From Camelus dromedarius (Eukaryota): a stretch of 64,000 nucleotides of DNA. Below the pieces are notes generated by a model, which saw only the letters and a list, made by a program, of their open reading frames with translations, did not search any database and was not told where the DNA came from. This document shows, in pieces, positions 37,501-51,036 of this stretch. The first letter of the stretch is position 1. Each line of letters begins with the position of its first letter. The stretch covers positions 93,126,001-93,190,000 of the forward strand of contig NC_087437.1 in the NCBI RefSeq assembly GCF_036321535.1. The letters are read 5' to 3'. Made by a program: the position numbers and the translations under genes.

Positions 37501-39239
37501 CATTTACCAGATGAAATTATTTGCCTTATGAAATAAACATATGTTACTTTACCTTTTTGCTCACAGTTGGTGATGTTAATGAGACCTTCTTAAAAATGAG
37601 AATTTGATGTCAGTCCTAATCAGAATCCTGGATGCAGGTATAGTATTATTCCAAAGGGAGCAAATGTGGTTTGCTCTTGAATGTTTTAGACTCTTCACTT
37701 GGACACTTTATCTTAAGTAAAATTTTTTCATGGTCAGTTGTGAAGTGTTTTAAAGAGTGACAGTTTACATCCATCCTAAAGCCTTAATGTCAGTCCCGTG
37801 GTTCTGCGATTAGAATGTCATTATATTACATCTGTCACATTGCCAGACCCGTTGCAAGCAACTTTGAAACAGAGAGTGCAAGCTGCAAGGAGGTACTTTG
37901 TATGTCAGGGGAGAAAGGCAATCTTAATTCAAATGTGCTCTCATGTTCTGGGCTTCGTAGCTTCCCACAGGTGCATGAAATAGCTGAAAGATTCCTTTTG
38001 TTAGTGCAAAGGATGGCAGCTGAAATAAAGAGGGGGCATTCACAAGGGTAAGACATCTGTTAAAAATCAGCCAAAAAGCAGGAGCTGGCAGTGTTCCAAA
38101 AGTGGTTCTGCAGAGTTGGCCATCGACACTTGGACTTGGATTCAAATGCCACAAGGGAGAAAAGCACATTCTAGAATTTAGCATTTATGTGCTTTAACTG
38201 TCTAAGTTATAGGTGATAGAGCTATACAAAGAAAGCATTATAGCTAGACAGAAAAAGTCGTTTAGCTATAACTGTAAAGATATGTTATTAATTAATACAG
38301 AATTTCACTTGTGATATGGTCTCCAAATTTTACAGAAATCCCTTTGGGTAAGAGTCCAGTGCATCATAAGGCGCCACGCTCATAGTAAGTGTTCAGTAAG
38401 GACTTGTGATATGTAACAATTTCAAACTACTGCTTAACTTGTCCTGCTCAAGTCTATCGAATGGTTAGCTATAGAAAAACACATTTCTTTAACTTACTTT
38501 TTGTCTAAGTGTAAGGCTGAAGTAGACTCTAAGAGGAAGTATATAACAAACCTTTAGTTTTATAGAAGAAGAAGTCGAACATTTTAGGAAAAGTCACAAA
38601 GGTAGAAGATTACAGAAGCCAGGACTTAAAATTAGGTCTCCTAAACCTCACTTTTAAAATAACTGGAAGATATGCATGTTTTTCTAACTATGTTAAAGGT
38701 TTAGAGAATAATTTTTATATATTATTTTGAAAATAATAACTAATATTTATTGAGCATATTATTTGGCAGTCACTGTTTTTATATAAATCATTTCAGTAAA
38801 TCCTCACAATAATCCTGTAAAGTAACATCATCTCAATTTCACAAGTAATATTACATACATAAGAAATATTTATGTTTATTGTTATATGTACGTATTTGTT
38901 GATATCTCCCATCTATCTGTTTTTGTGTCCATAAAACGTAAATAAATGCAGAACTGTGTAAGTATGGCTGCAGTCTGTGTAAGAAGACTCACTGTATTTC
39001 ACCTCATAAGACAGTACAAGCGGCCAAAAGTTAAGCTTAAGCAAAGAACAGTTATATTGCTAGGACTGAACAACATTATCTCAGAATATACAACACCTTT
39101 ATTTCAAGATTGAACAGTCGAACAAACAATACAAATAAACACATGTCCTTTACTGCATACATAGTATTTTAGAAATACACACACATTTCCAAAGATTATT
39201 ATTAAGGCCCTTTGTTAAAGTAAAATCATACTTGTTGAT

Positions 39240-40145
39240 TTCTCAGGGTTTTTTTTTGTTTGTTTGTTTTTAATTTCTCCTGGTAAATATCTACAGGAGG
39301 AATTGCTTTGACACAGGCAAGTTTCTCTTTAGCTTTATAGGCAATGCTGAACGTATTTCCAAAGTGGTTTTGCTCTTTTACCCTCTCACCAGCGGTGTGT
39401 GAGTGTTCCAGATGCCGGGCATCCTTGCCAACATTTGGTCTTGTCAGTTCCTTCCGTTTGTTTGTAACTGGTGTAATGTGATGTCTCATTGTGCTTTTGA
39501 TTTCATTTCCCTGATGACTGATGATATCGAGGAGCTTTCCCTGTGCTTACTTCACTTGAATTTGTTCTTTTGTGAGGTGTCTTTTAACAGTTTACCCATT
39601 TAAAATTTTGTTTTTCTTTTATTGAATTGTAGGAGTTTAGATATTCTGGATTCAAGCAGTTTGTTAGATAAATGTATTACCTATAGTGTTTCAGCCTTTT
39701 CATTTTCTTAAGGTGTCTTTTGATGAACAGAAGTTTCTATGTTAGATAAAGTCCAATGTATTGTATTTTTGTTTTGTATTGTGTTTTTACTTGTTAGTGG
39801 TTTTTTTAACTTTTTCTCAGAAATCTGTATTTACCTAAGGTTCCCAAAATATTTGCCTATGTATATTTCTAGAAATGTCATAGCTTTGGTTCAATATCTT
39901 AGGTCTATGAATATCTCAAACTAATTTTTTACTATTGTGAGATAGTGGTTAAAATTATTGTTTTTTTCATACATTTATTCCATTTTTTTAGACAATTTGT
40001 TGATAAGACTTTACATTCCCTATTGAGTTGCTTGACTGTGCCTTGTGGAAAATCAGTCTATTTCTGGACTTTCTTTTCTCTTTCATTAATCTATTTGTCG
40101 ATCATTCTACCAACACTGCCCTGTCTTGATTATTGTAGCTTTGTA
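39240..40145 (-). mobile_element. Old L1 ORF2 3' fragment
   Basis: ORF 39226..39489 (MRHHITPV...) resembles the degenerate ORF2 C-terminus. Typical antisense L1 phrases are present (catttccctgatgactgatgat, tgtcttgattattgtagcttt). Confidence 0.75.
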
Positions 40146-41083
40146 GCAACAAACAAACAAAAACAGTATTTTTTCCTCATTCCTGCTTTCTGGTGTGCCA
40201 CATTTGGCCATATGCTCTATTTTTCTTTAAGGACGTAAGATAAAAAGATTTAGCTGTCTTGACATTTTTATACCTAGTTACCTAAAATTCCAGCTACAGT
40301 GGGCATATCACCAGACTCCTAAAATATAGCAAGAGATAATTTAACATTTTACTTCATTATTGCATAATAGATAACATCAATGTTCTTCTGGGTTAGACAA
40401 ATTCAAGATTTCTTACATTCCACTTTGACCCAGTCAATTCAAAAGTTTACACTTTACGCCACCTGCAATTATCAATTTCTGTCAACTTGAATCTTTAAAC
40501 TGTAAGTGACGGGGTCCCAATTATAAACTTGCTTAACATAATCACAAAGACAGAAGGTATTATTATTTTCTATAACAGAAAAGTCCAGAAGTAAGAGAGC
40601 CGGCTTTCGGAAGAGTTGTATCCAAAAAGCATCCTAGTGCTTCCTGGGTCTCTCTGCTGCCCCCCACCCCTCCCCAACCACCACTTCTATCCATCTCGTT
40701 GCCCTTTGATTCTCTGTGGTGGCTTCATTCTCAGCCGGGCTTTCACTGTGTCGAGACCCTTGATGGCGCTTGGCTTACCAACTTAGCTTCTCTGTGCAGT
40801 GATTGCTGAAGGAGTCTTGGGCTTAACTCCCTGGCTCAGCAAGGGTCAGATGTCTATCCTTGAGCTACTCATTGTGAATCTATTTGATTGGGTATAGGTT
40901 CCTCCCCAGTCCTCAGAGCATGATGGAATGAGGCCAAATTTACTTGAATTACTTTGCAAAGATAGAGTTTTTAATTGTCAGGAAAAGGGAAAATGCATGC
41001 TGGGCAGACAAAAGCAAGAGACTATTACATCAGTTCAAAGATATCAAAGGGTTAAATTAGATGATCATGCAGAAGTACTTATT

Positions 41084-41394
41084 GTTTTAAATTGAATTAT
41101 ATTTGATAAGCAATATTGTGTTAGTTTCTGGTGTACAGAATAGTGATTCAGCTATACATATATATATTCTTTTTCATTATAGGTTATTACAAGATATTGA
41201 ATATAATTCCCTGTGCTATGCAGTAAGAGAAATTTGTTTATCTATTTTATATATAGTAGTTTGTATCTGCTAATCCCAAACTCCTAATTTATCCCTCCTC
41301 CCTCTTTCCCCTTCGGTAACCACAAGTTTGTTTTCTATGTCTCTGAGTCTGTTTTTGTTTTGTAAATAAGTTCACTTGTATCATTTTTTAGACG
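41084..41394 (-). mobile_element. 5'-truncated L1 3' end with perfect 12-bp TSD
   Basis: TSD GAAGTACTTATT at 41072-41083 and 41395-41406. The sequence matches the other L1 3' ends. Confidence 0.92.
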
Positions 41395-43189
41395 GAAGTA
41401 CTTATTTTTAAAAGAAATCTTCTTTCATAATTTTTCCCTCTACTCTGCCTTCTGTCCCAGGGCACAGAGACATCCACTTTTTTCTTGCAACATAATTCAA
41501 GGGCTCTTTGATGTAAAATGAATCCTCAGAGTTTATCTAAAAACACTGAAGCCATATCATGTCTGTCTTGTCAAAACTTCTGGCACATGTGGTTGGATAT
41601 CACACAAGGTATATCTTTTGACTTTTCAGTGACATTTCCTGGCCACTAATGAATGTGGCATGAAAGCATCGCTGTGCTGTAAGCAGTTCTAGGCTGGGTT
41701 TTGATAGTTTATGATGTAATTTCTCTGAAAAAGACTTTAGATTAAATAATTGGCATTCTGATCTCTGCAAGTATGCTTCATTTTTATAGTGATTAAGAAA
41801 GTCCATTTAGCTGATTTGTCAGCCTGGTAAGAACCTGCTGATAGAAACTCATCAGAGTTCTTTGGAGAAGGGCCATTTCATATGAGCAAAAGGGGAGGAG
41901 AGTTTAAATCTTTTTGAATAATTTTTTAGTCTCTGATGCAAATCACCCAAAGTCCACACATAAATTAACTCAAACATTACCTCAAGGTTAAACAAGCTTG
42001 TTTAACATCACCTTTTGATCTCTGAACAAAATGGCTTTACATTTCTGCGGATCAGTGTGTCTACAACCATACGTCATTGTCCTCAGGATGCTCTAAGGGT
42101 TATCTTCTAATGCCATTCTTTAATAAAAACATGCTTGAAAATGAATCATCATGTGCTTCAATAACTATCTATATTTAGTTTTAAGAACTCACCTTCCTAA
42201 TTTCATAGTCAAGGCCTGAGAGTTCCAGAATAAATTGGACACAACTCCAAATGGTACATTAAGCCGTCCATTCTACTTGGCCAGCACTGTGCTCAGAGAC
42301 CAGCAAACTTAATTATTCTCTCCTTACTCACAGAGTTATTTCACCTTCGCCCCTGTTAGCTCCAGAACACACCATGATGTAACAGTACTCTTTGGAAAAC
42401 TCATTCCTTTTACGGCCATTAGCATCTGTCTTTTCAGCTTCCCCTTGCTTGCCCTCAGCACCTGTTTGTAGTCCTTCTGGCCCTTTTCATAGAAGCCAAT
42501 TATTTTACAAAGGGCCCCTTTCCCTCTGCTTCATTGTTGAAAACATCGTTTATTGTCTCTCTACTTCTTTCTTTTTTACTATTTTATGTGCATTTCTAAA
42601 TCTTAAAAACAACTGGAGACGAATTTTCAATGAGATGTTATCAAGGTGAATAGTCAGCATCATGCAAGCTGCTTCTCTCTCTTTTCCCCAGTAACTTCAC
42701 AGCCTTCACAGGTTGTTCACCTGTCAGAGGGAAGTAAGAGGAAAGGCTTCTGGTAGCAAACTGGCAGAGACCCTTGCAATCTCAATGGAATGTCCAGATG
42801 AAGGAAAAGAGCTTCTTAATCACCTCCTGGAGCTCCGCGGGTGCATGGCCCTCCCAGTTGACTTGGTCCCTGCATTTTCAGTGGTTGCTTTGGGGTTCTC
42901 CCAGGTGTCTAACACAAAGATCCCCAAGACCTCCTTCTGATGATTGTTTCTCCTTGGACATCCTGGGTTTCCCAGGCCCTGCCACTGACGAAGTGGCCTT
43001 GTCCTATTTCTATTCTATCCAGTATTGCTTTCTAGTGCCTGTAGCTCTTAGTCAATGCATTAGACTAGTTGTCCAAAATGTAACAGAAAGTATTTTGCTT
43101 GTTTATATTTTCTTATAGGTTACATGTGGGCATTTCATTACCCTACCATTAAACTTGATTGTTTCTCTATAATGTGTCAATATCCTTAT

Positions 43190-43460
43190 AAGAAGTGGGT
43201 AGAGATCACAGGTCTTGGTGATGAACTGCCTAAATTCAGCTCCTAACTCCAATCATCACCAGCTGTGTGACCTTAGAAATGCTACTTAACTTCCCTGTGC
43301 TTCAGTTTCTCAACCATAAAATAAATGTAATAGTAATACTAAATCAAGTGAGTTATGAAAAACGTGTGTTTCAGCTGGAACTACCTGAGTATAGTGTTTA
43401 GCTGAGTGTTTAGTACATAGTTAGTTCCTCAGCGATGTTGTCTGTTATTACTAATATTAT
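43190..43460 (+). mobile_element. MIR SINE
   Basis: MIR core: agctgtgtgaccttagaaatgctacttaacttccctgtgcttcagtttctc. Confidence 0.75.
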
Positions 43461-43606
43461 TATGCAGTAAAAATCTTCGTTGAGTGCCTACTGTATGCTA
43501 CTTATTTTGATATATGCTGTTGTCAGGTCACATGGGACCTCTTGATTATGGTCAGAGCCCCTTCCTTCTTGTCAGGCTCTGATTAATTAATACTTTGCTT
43601 TTGTTT

Positions 43607-43652
43607 TGTGTGTGTGTGTGTCTGTGTGTCTGTGTGTGTGTGTGTGTGTGTG
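43607..43652. repeat. Interrupted (TG)n microsatellite
   Basis: Seen directly. Confidence 0.9.
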
Positions 43653-43784
43653 ACTGAGTGAAACCTTCAGCACTTGAGGAGACAGGTGCCAGGCAGAAGA
43701 TTTTTTTCTAACAAATTAAAAAATTTTTTTCCTCTGGATAACTTTAATATTCAGATGTAGTCCACATTGGTTTATTTAAAAAAA

Positions 43785-44022
43785 TTTTTATTGATGTATA
43801 ATTCACAAATAAAGTTGTAAGTTATATGAGGTATACAATGTGATGATTTGATATAAGTAGACAGCAGTATGAAAAGATTCCTCTCACCAGGTTAATGGAC
43901 ACATCCATCACCTCACATGTTTCCTTTTCTTCTGATGAGAGCATTTAAGTTCTACTCTCTTAGCAAGTTTCAATTAAACAATATAGTGTCATCAACTATA
44001 GTCACCATATTATACATTAGAT
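43785..44022 (-). mobile_element. Older L1 (L1MA/MB-like) 3' end
   Basis: gcatttaagttctactctcttagcaagtttcaa...actatagtcacc signature. Confidence 0.7.
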
Positions 44023-44456
44023 TCTAATCCTGTGGTGGGGAAGGCTCCAGCAGAACTGGAAATGGCTATCACTCTCATCCCAAACCCTGCCCCACCCCAA
44101 CCCTCTTAAAGATAGAGTGGTTAATATGCCCTCAAGTTCTTCCAACACATCTGGTCCCCTTCTGAGATGATCCATCTCACTCTTTTGTACATGAGATGAC
44201 AGGCAGTGTAGATAGCTAGTTGCAACATTTTGTCTCCTGTTTGAGCCACTGAGAAGTGGGCATCTCATATCTTCTACTGGATAGTACATTGTAGCAAGAA
44301 TGGGAAAAAATGTCATGACAAGTTACAAAATATATAAACTGTAGAAAACCCCATGCTCTTGTTTTCTTCCCTACTTAATTTATATAAATTACATTTTGGG
44401 ATTAGGGAGAGGAACACCTGATACCATCTACTGCTAACAACTATTTATTTTAAATT

Positions 44457-44503
<47 letters not shown>

Positions 44504-47300
44504 TATTGGAATATAGTCAGTTTACAATGTTGTATCAATTTCTGGTGTACAGAATAATGTTTCAGTCATACATATACATACATATATTCATTTTCTTATT
44601 CTTTTTCATTATAGGTTACTACAAGATATTAAATATAGTTCCCTGTGCTATACAGTAGAAACTTGTTGTTTATCTCTTTTATGTATAGTAGTTAATATCT
44701 GCAAATCTCAAACTCCCAATTTATCTTTTCCCACCCCCTTTCCCCATAGGTAACCATAAGTTTGTTTCCTATGTCTGTGAGTCTATTTCTGTTTCGTGAA
44801 TCAGTTCATTTTTGTCTTTTTTTTTTTTTTTTGATTCCAGATATAAGTGATATCATATGGTATTTTTCTTTCTCTTTCTGGCTTACTTCACTTAGAATGG
44901 TATCTCCAGGTCCATCCATGTTGTTGCAAATGGCATTATTTTATTCTTTTTTGTGGCTGAGTAGTAGTCCATTGTATATTGCAACTTTTTTATCCAGTCA
45001 TGTGTTGATGGACATTTAGGTTGTTTTCATGTCTTGGCTATTGTAAATAGTGCTGCTGTGAACATTGGGGTACATGTGCCTTTTCAATGTTTCCCTCCAG
45101 ATATACACCCAGGAATGGGAATGCTGGGTCATATGGTAAGTCTATTTTTAGTTTTTTAAAGAATTTCCATAGTTTTTCATAATGGCTGAACCAAACTACC
45201 TTCCCACCAATAGTGTAGGAGGGTTCCCTTTTCTCCACAACCTCTCCAGCATTTATCCTTTGTGGACTTTTTAATGATGGCCATTCTGACTGGTATGAGG
45301 TGATACCTTATTATAGTTTTGATTTGCATTTCCCTGATCAGTAGTGATATTGAGCATTTTTTCATGTGTCTGTGGCCATTTGTATGTATTCATTGGAGAA
45401 TTGCTTGTGTGGGTCTTCTGCCCATTTGTGGACTGGGTTGCTTGGTTTTTTTTTTGTTATTAAGTTGTATGAGCTGTTTGTGTATTCTGGAAATTAAGCC
45501 CTTGTAAGTTGCATCATTCACAAATATTTTCTCCCATTCTGCACATTGTCATTTTGTTTGGCTTATGGTTTCCTTTGCTGTGCAAAAGTTTGTAAGTTTG
45601 ATTAGGTCCAATTTATTTATTTTTGCATTTATTTCTATTGCCTGGGTAGACTGTGCTAGGAGAACACTGCTAAGATTTACATCAGAGAATGTTTTGCCTA
45701 TGTTTTCTCCTAGGAGGTTTACAGTGTCTTGTCCTCTGTTTAAGTCTTTAAGCCATTTTGAATTTATTTTTGTGTATGGTTTGAGGGAGTGTTCTAACTT
45801 CATTGATTTACATGCTGCTGTCCAACTTTCCCAACATCACTTGCTGAAGAGACTGTCTTTTTGCCATTGTACATTCTTGCCTCCTTTGTTGAAGATTAAT
45901 TGACCATGGGTGTGTGGGTTTATTTCTAGGCTCTCTATTCTGTTCCATTGATCCATATGTCTGTTTTTGTGCCAATACCATGCTGTTTTGATTACTGTAT
46001 CTCTGTAGTTTTGTCTGAAGTCTGGATGCATTATTCCTTCAGCTTCATTCTTTTTTTTTTTTTTTTTCAGTATTGCTTTGGCAATTCTGGGTCTTCCGTG
46101 ATTCTACGTACATTTTAGGGTTCTAGTTCTAGTTCTGTGAAAAATGTCCTGGGTAATTTTATAGGGATCACATTAAATCTGTAGATTGCTTTGTGTAGTA
46201 TGTCCATTTTAGCAATATTAATTCTCCCATTCCAAGAGCATCAGATATCTTTCCCTGTCTTTAAATTATCTTTAGTTTCCTTAATCAGTGTTATAGTTCT
46301 CAGCATATACATCTTTCACCACCTTGGTCAAGTTTATTCCTAAGTATTTAATTTTTTGATGCTCTTTTAAAAGAGATTGTTTCTTTACTTTCCTTTTCTG
46401 GTATTTCATTGCCAGTGTGAAGAAATGCAACTGATTTCTGTATGTTAATCTTGTACCCTGCTACCTTGCCAGATTCTTTTGTCATCATTAGTGGTTTTTG
46501 TATGGAGCCGTTAGGGTTTTCTATGTATAGAATCATGTCATCTGCATATTGTTACAGTTTTATCTCTTCTCTTCCAGTTTGGATCCCTTTTATTTCTTTT
46601 CTTTGTCTGATTGCTGTGGCTAGGACTTCCAATACTATGTTGAATAAAAGTTGAATAAAAGTGGGCATCCTTGTCTGGTTCCAGATTTTAGCAGGAAGGC
46701 TTTCAACTTTGCACCACTGAGTATGTGCTGGCTGTGGGTTTGTCATAAATAGCTGTTATTATGTTGAGATATGTTCTCTCTATATCCACTTTGGTAAGGA
46801 TTTTTATCATAAATGGATACTGAATTTTATCAGATGCTTTTTCTGCATCTATTGAGATGATCGTGTGGTTTTTGTCCTTTCTTTGGTTGATGTGGTATGC
46901 CACATTGACTGACTTGCATATGTTGAATCATCTTTGTGTCCCTGTGATGAATCCAACTTGATCATGGTGTATGATCTTTTTTATGTGTTGTTGGATTCAT
47001 TGGCTAATATTTTGTTGAGAAGTTTTGCATCTATGTTCATCAACAATATTGGCCTGTAATTTTCTTTTTCAGTAGTGTCTTTGTCTGGCTTTGGTATCAG
47101 GGTAATGGTGACGTCTTAAGATGAGTTTGGGAGTATTCCCTCCTCTTCAATTTTTTGGAAGAGTTTGAAAAAGATCAGTATGAATTCTTTGTATGTTTGG
47201 TAGAATTCCACAATGAAGCCATCTCGTCCTGGACTTTTGCTTGCAGGGAGGTTTTTAATTGCTGATTCCATTTCACTTCTTGTGATTAGTGTGTTCAAAT
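44457..47300 (-). mobile_element. 5'-truncated L1 (~2.8 kb) with broken ORF2 (RT and C-terminal domain), 3'UTR and (ATTT)n tail
   Basis: Minus-strand ORF fragments [92 protein letters not shown] and IDLPYDPA are L1 ORF2 motifs. There are multiple stops and frameshifts. Confidence 0.97.
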
Positions 47301-49639
47301 TTTCTGACCATCGTTTATTGAATTTATATGTTCACAGATGAAAGAAGCCTTATTCAAAGCTATCTGGTCAAGGCCTTGACCTGCAGGGCAGCCCTCATAT
47401 ATTTTAAGCCTTAATGTATTCAATAATCTGCCTAAATGATAAAAAGAGGTCATCACAATTTTTTTCAGCAAAATTTCTACAAGTAGTCTGGCCCCTAGTT
47501 TTCATTTTTAAAAAAGCTTCACTGTTTTATGATTATGGACCAAATAAAAGAAATATCTTATAAATTTTTATGTGTGTAACTTGGCCCCTGGTTTTTCTTT
47601 TTCTTTTTCTTTTTCTTTTTCTTTTTCTTACTGTTAAATAACCACAGATTGAGTATAAGAAATTACATACATGTATAGAAACATATGTTATTATAGGATA
47701 TATAGATATAAAATATATTTTATATCCATATACTTTGATTATCTATAAATAGAAATACAGATATCTCCTATAAAAAGGTTGTCTAGAATTCTTTTCCCCA
47801 AAAAACCTTTGTTCAGGATACATCTCCTCTATCCACTCTCTGAAATGTGAAATTCACTCAGGAGGCCACTTTATTTCCAGGCCCAAATTCCTAATGTTCT
47901 GAACACTTGATATGGTGCCCTTTAGGACTGCTGCCAGTTGAACCTAAATTCTGTGGCCATTACCCTGCAGAGTACACCAGGCTGTGAGAGGAGCTCTTAA
48001 AGGAAAGTAGTTTTTCAAGGTACATTATGGTGCTTTTAAAGGGAATAAAGTCCTTAATGAGAAAATGAGTCTTTTGGGACTTCTGGCTCCAAGGTCAGCT
48101 CTGCACACTTGGCCCCTTGCTTGGCAGGGAATCTGCTAAGGGACAAGTCAGGGCGCCCGTTCTGTAAAAGGTCTGGGATGAAACAGGATGGCAGGCTGTT
48201 CTCTGGAACCTCTGTTGGGCAACTTGTAATTCTCTGACAGATATCCTCGGAACCTGTTCTCACACAATACCCAGTCACCCAGACTCTCCCCCTGCAACAG
48301 ACCAACCGAGGAAAGGGAAATTGGGTTGCTAAGGAACCTGTTGCAGTAGAACCTGAAGGAACTAACGCTTGTCAGCTAAGAACAGCTCAGTGTGAATAAA
48401 CTCATCAGAATCTTCCCAAGTGCATTAATACATTGTCAGCTTCTGCAGGGCTTGGGCCCTGTATTTATTTACCTTTATTTCTATTCACCTCTGGTGCAGT
48501 GCTAATCAAATGCTCTTTGGAGTGTCAGCTGAGGTCGGCCTGCTCTACAGTGTTGCCCTCAGCTGGGTCTCCCGGGTTGTGAGGGAGGAGGAGGAAGAGG
48601 GTCGTCTTCTAGTCGCTGTTACTCGTTGCTGGCGTCTAAGCTGTAAACAGTCCAAAGATGTGGCCGCTTTTAGAGGATACAGAACTGCAGGGTGACCGAA
48701 CTTATCTGGACCTTGGAGTGTGATGATTAGGGGAGAAGATGATGCTTCAGATTCAGAATCACTCACCAAATGCTAAGATAAAGGTATTGGGGATATTGCT
48801 GAACAAAGGGTAATGGAATATCTCTAACAATTACTGTGCATGAGACTTTTGGAATCTCTCTAGGTGGTCTCCATTAGTTGGTGGTGTAATTTAGGTGTGC
48901 CTGCCTCTCTTCTAGGAGAGTGGTTAAATGAAGCCTTGATAATGGGAGAGAGAAAGCCAGATTGGAATAATTTTGTTCGTCTCAACATCCCATACAGCCA
49001 TATTTAAGGCTTCTTGATAAGCTACAGTGAACACTTCAACATTATGAGAAATGGAGATGACACTAAAATGTAATTATACTCAATAATAACGTTCTGTAAA
49101 CTAGGACAAGGAAGAAAAAGGGAAAACCTAATCTAGCTCCCTGAGCCTCTTTCCTCTCCATTTCTTTAGAATTAACCAAGGCTCACTGTAACTTATATTA
49201 AAAGGATATGAACTCAATGGTGTGGTTCTTTGTTATTTTACCTTCACCCAGAAATGTAATTAAGAGGCAGATCATATTGCCTTGATGACAGAGACAAAGT
49301 GTGTCAGAAGCGGCACTATTACTACAAAATTATAGAAAACACAGACCCCATTCCTACTTCTAATTTATCACAATAGCTGATAAAAGTTCTAAATGCTCCT
49401 GAATGGTGAAATTGAATGAGGGTTATCAGCATTCTGTTACTTACGAGCAGAACTAATTCCTTTTCACCCTTATGGAGTTAATTATATAATTTATGATGCA
49501 TTTCACTGCTTTTGGTGGTAGTAGTGTATAGAACAGTGACTATCCTTGGTGTTCTATTTTGAAGAATTTTTGCCTCAAGCTCTTATTGGCCTATGAATTC
49601 ACAGGATAAACTTAAAAGTCATCAAAGTGGTAAGTAGTG

Positions 49640-50900
49640 TTTCCTGATTAAGAAACTGAGACACAGGAGTTCAAAGGTATATGAACTTTATTCAAGTGTA
49701 TGCAGCATCTATTTCCCAGGAGGGGAAAAAAAAATCACTACCTGCTTAATTTCACAAACCTCCTGACTCTGAGCCTCTGGGACATAATAAGATCACCGGT
49801 CTATACCTCCTCACCCTGATGAGATCTGCTGTCAGATGTGACCTTTCTGCTCTTGTTCAGGCCAAGCCCGGTCGCCAATACGTGTCTGGAGAGGCTTCAG
49901 ACATAACTTAACTCCCTGTGTGCTGCTAGTTCTCTGTCAGCCTGCCCAGAGGCTGCATCGAGGACCTTCCACGCTCAGAGCTCTGGAAACAAACTACACC
50001 CTCCAGCAGTGACACTGCCCAACCCCCACGCCTGGTCAGCTGAAGGGATTTGGTGGCATGACTGGTCTCTTCTGGGTGATTTTTATCTTGTCAGAGGAAC
50101 CACGATCATTTTAGGAGGCCGTTCTCAGCTCAGATACTGCTGTCCCAGGGGCGTGTCTTTCCTCTTCAGAGATTTTCCAACATCATTCTTCCTTCCGGAC
50201 ACTTGCCCTAGCACTTGATACAGCCAACTGGTTTTTCCAGGATCTCTACAGCAGGTGAGGATACGGGAGAGCCTTTCTTGTTTAGGGCAAGGACAAGTGG
50301 AAAGGCTCAGAGCTGAGATGACATGAAGACTGACAAGGCTGAATTTTGCCCTGGCCCTTTGATCCTGGGAAACAGTGAAGGTTAAAGAAATGCCCGCATC
50401 CGCCCCCGCCACAGCCCCATGTTCCAGCAAACTGCAGAGAACCACCCTACCCCACAGGATCTAGACACGACTCGTAGACTTGCCCTCATTTCCCCGTGAC
50501 AAGTCAGACACAGACTCTCTATTTCTGTTCTTTGCCTCATAAATTATTTGCTGAATTGCTTATTCCTAATCAATCAGAACATCCAGACTTATTTTTCTCT
50601 CCTTTCCCCATGTCCTTGATTTTGGCCCCTCTCAGCCAGAGCCAGGTCACGGCCCCTCCTTAAGGGCCCCTGTCTACAACAGGCCGGCTTCACAGTAGAA
50701 CATTCTTTGATCTACTACCCCGTCAGGCAGGCCTTTATCCCACTTCCCCACGCCTGGTTCTCTCCAGCCTTGTTTACTCCTCCCTAGAGAAGAAAAGCCC
50801 TTTCCTGCTTAACTGTTGCGACACTAACAGCTCTCTGGTCCAGAATGTTCCATCTGTTGCAATAATAGTTCACCTCTCCTTTTGCAATAGTCCCTTCCCC
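49640..50900 (+). mobile_element. Probable old ERV LTR-derived sequence
   Basis: GC-richer block with LTR U3/R-like end (agaaaagccctttcc...ttgcaatagtccc). Boundaries and family are uncertain. Confidence 0.35.
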
Positions 50901-50980
50901 CAATCTCAAAACTTGTCTGTTCTTAGGCCAAATTAAATGCCTAGACATTTCTTCCTCCAACAAGTCTCTCTGTTTCTTTC

Positions 50981-50985
<5 letters not shown>

Positions 50986-51033
<48 letters not shown>
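50986..51033. repeat. Perfect (CA)24 microsatellite
   Basis: Seen directly. Confidence 0.95.
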
Positions 51034-51036
<3 letters not shown>

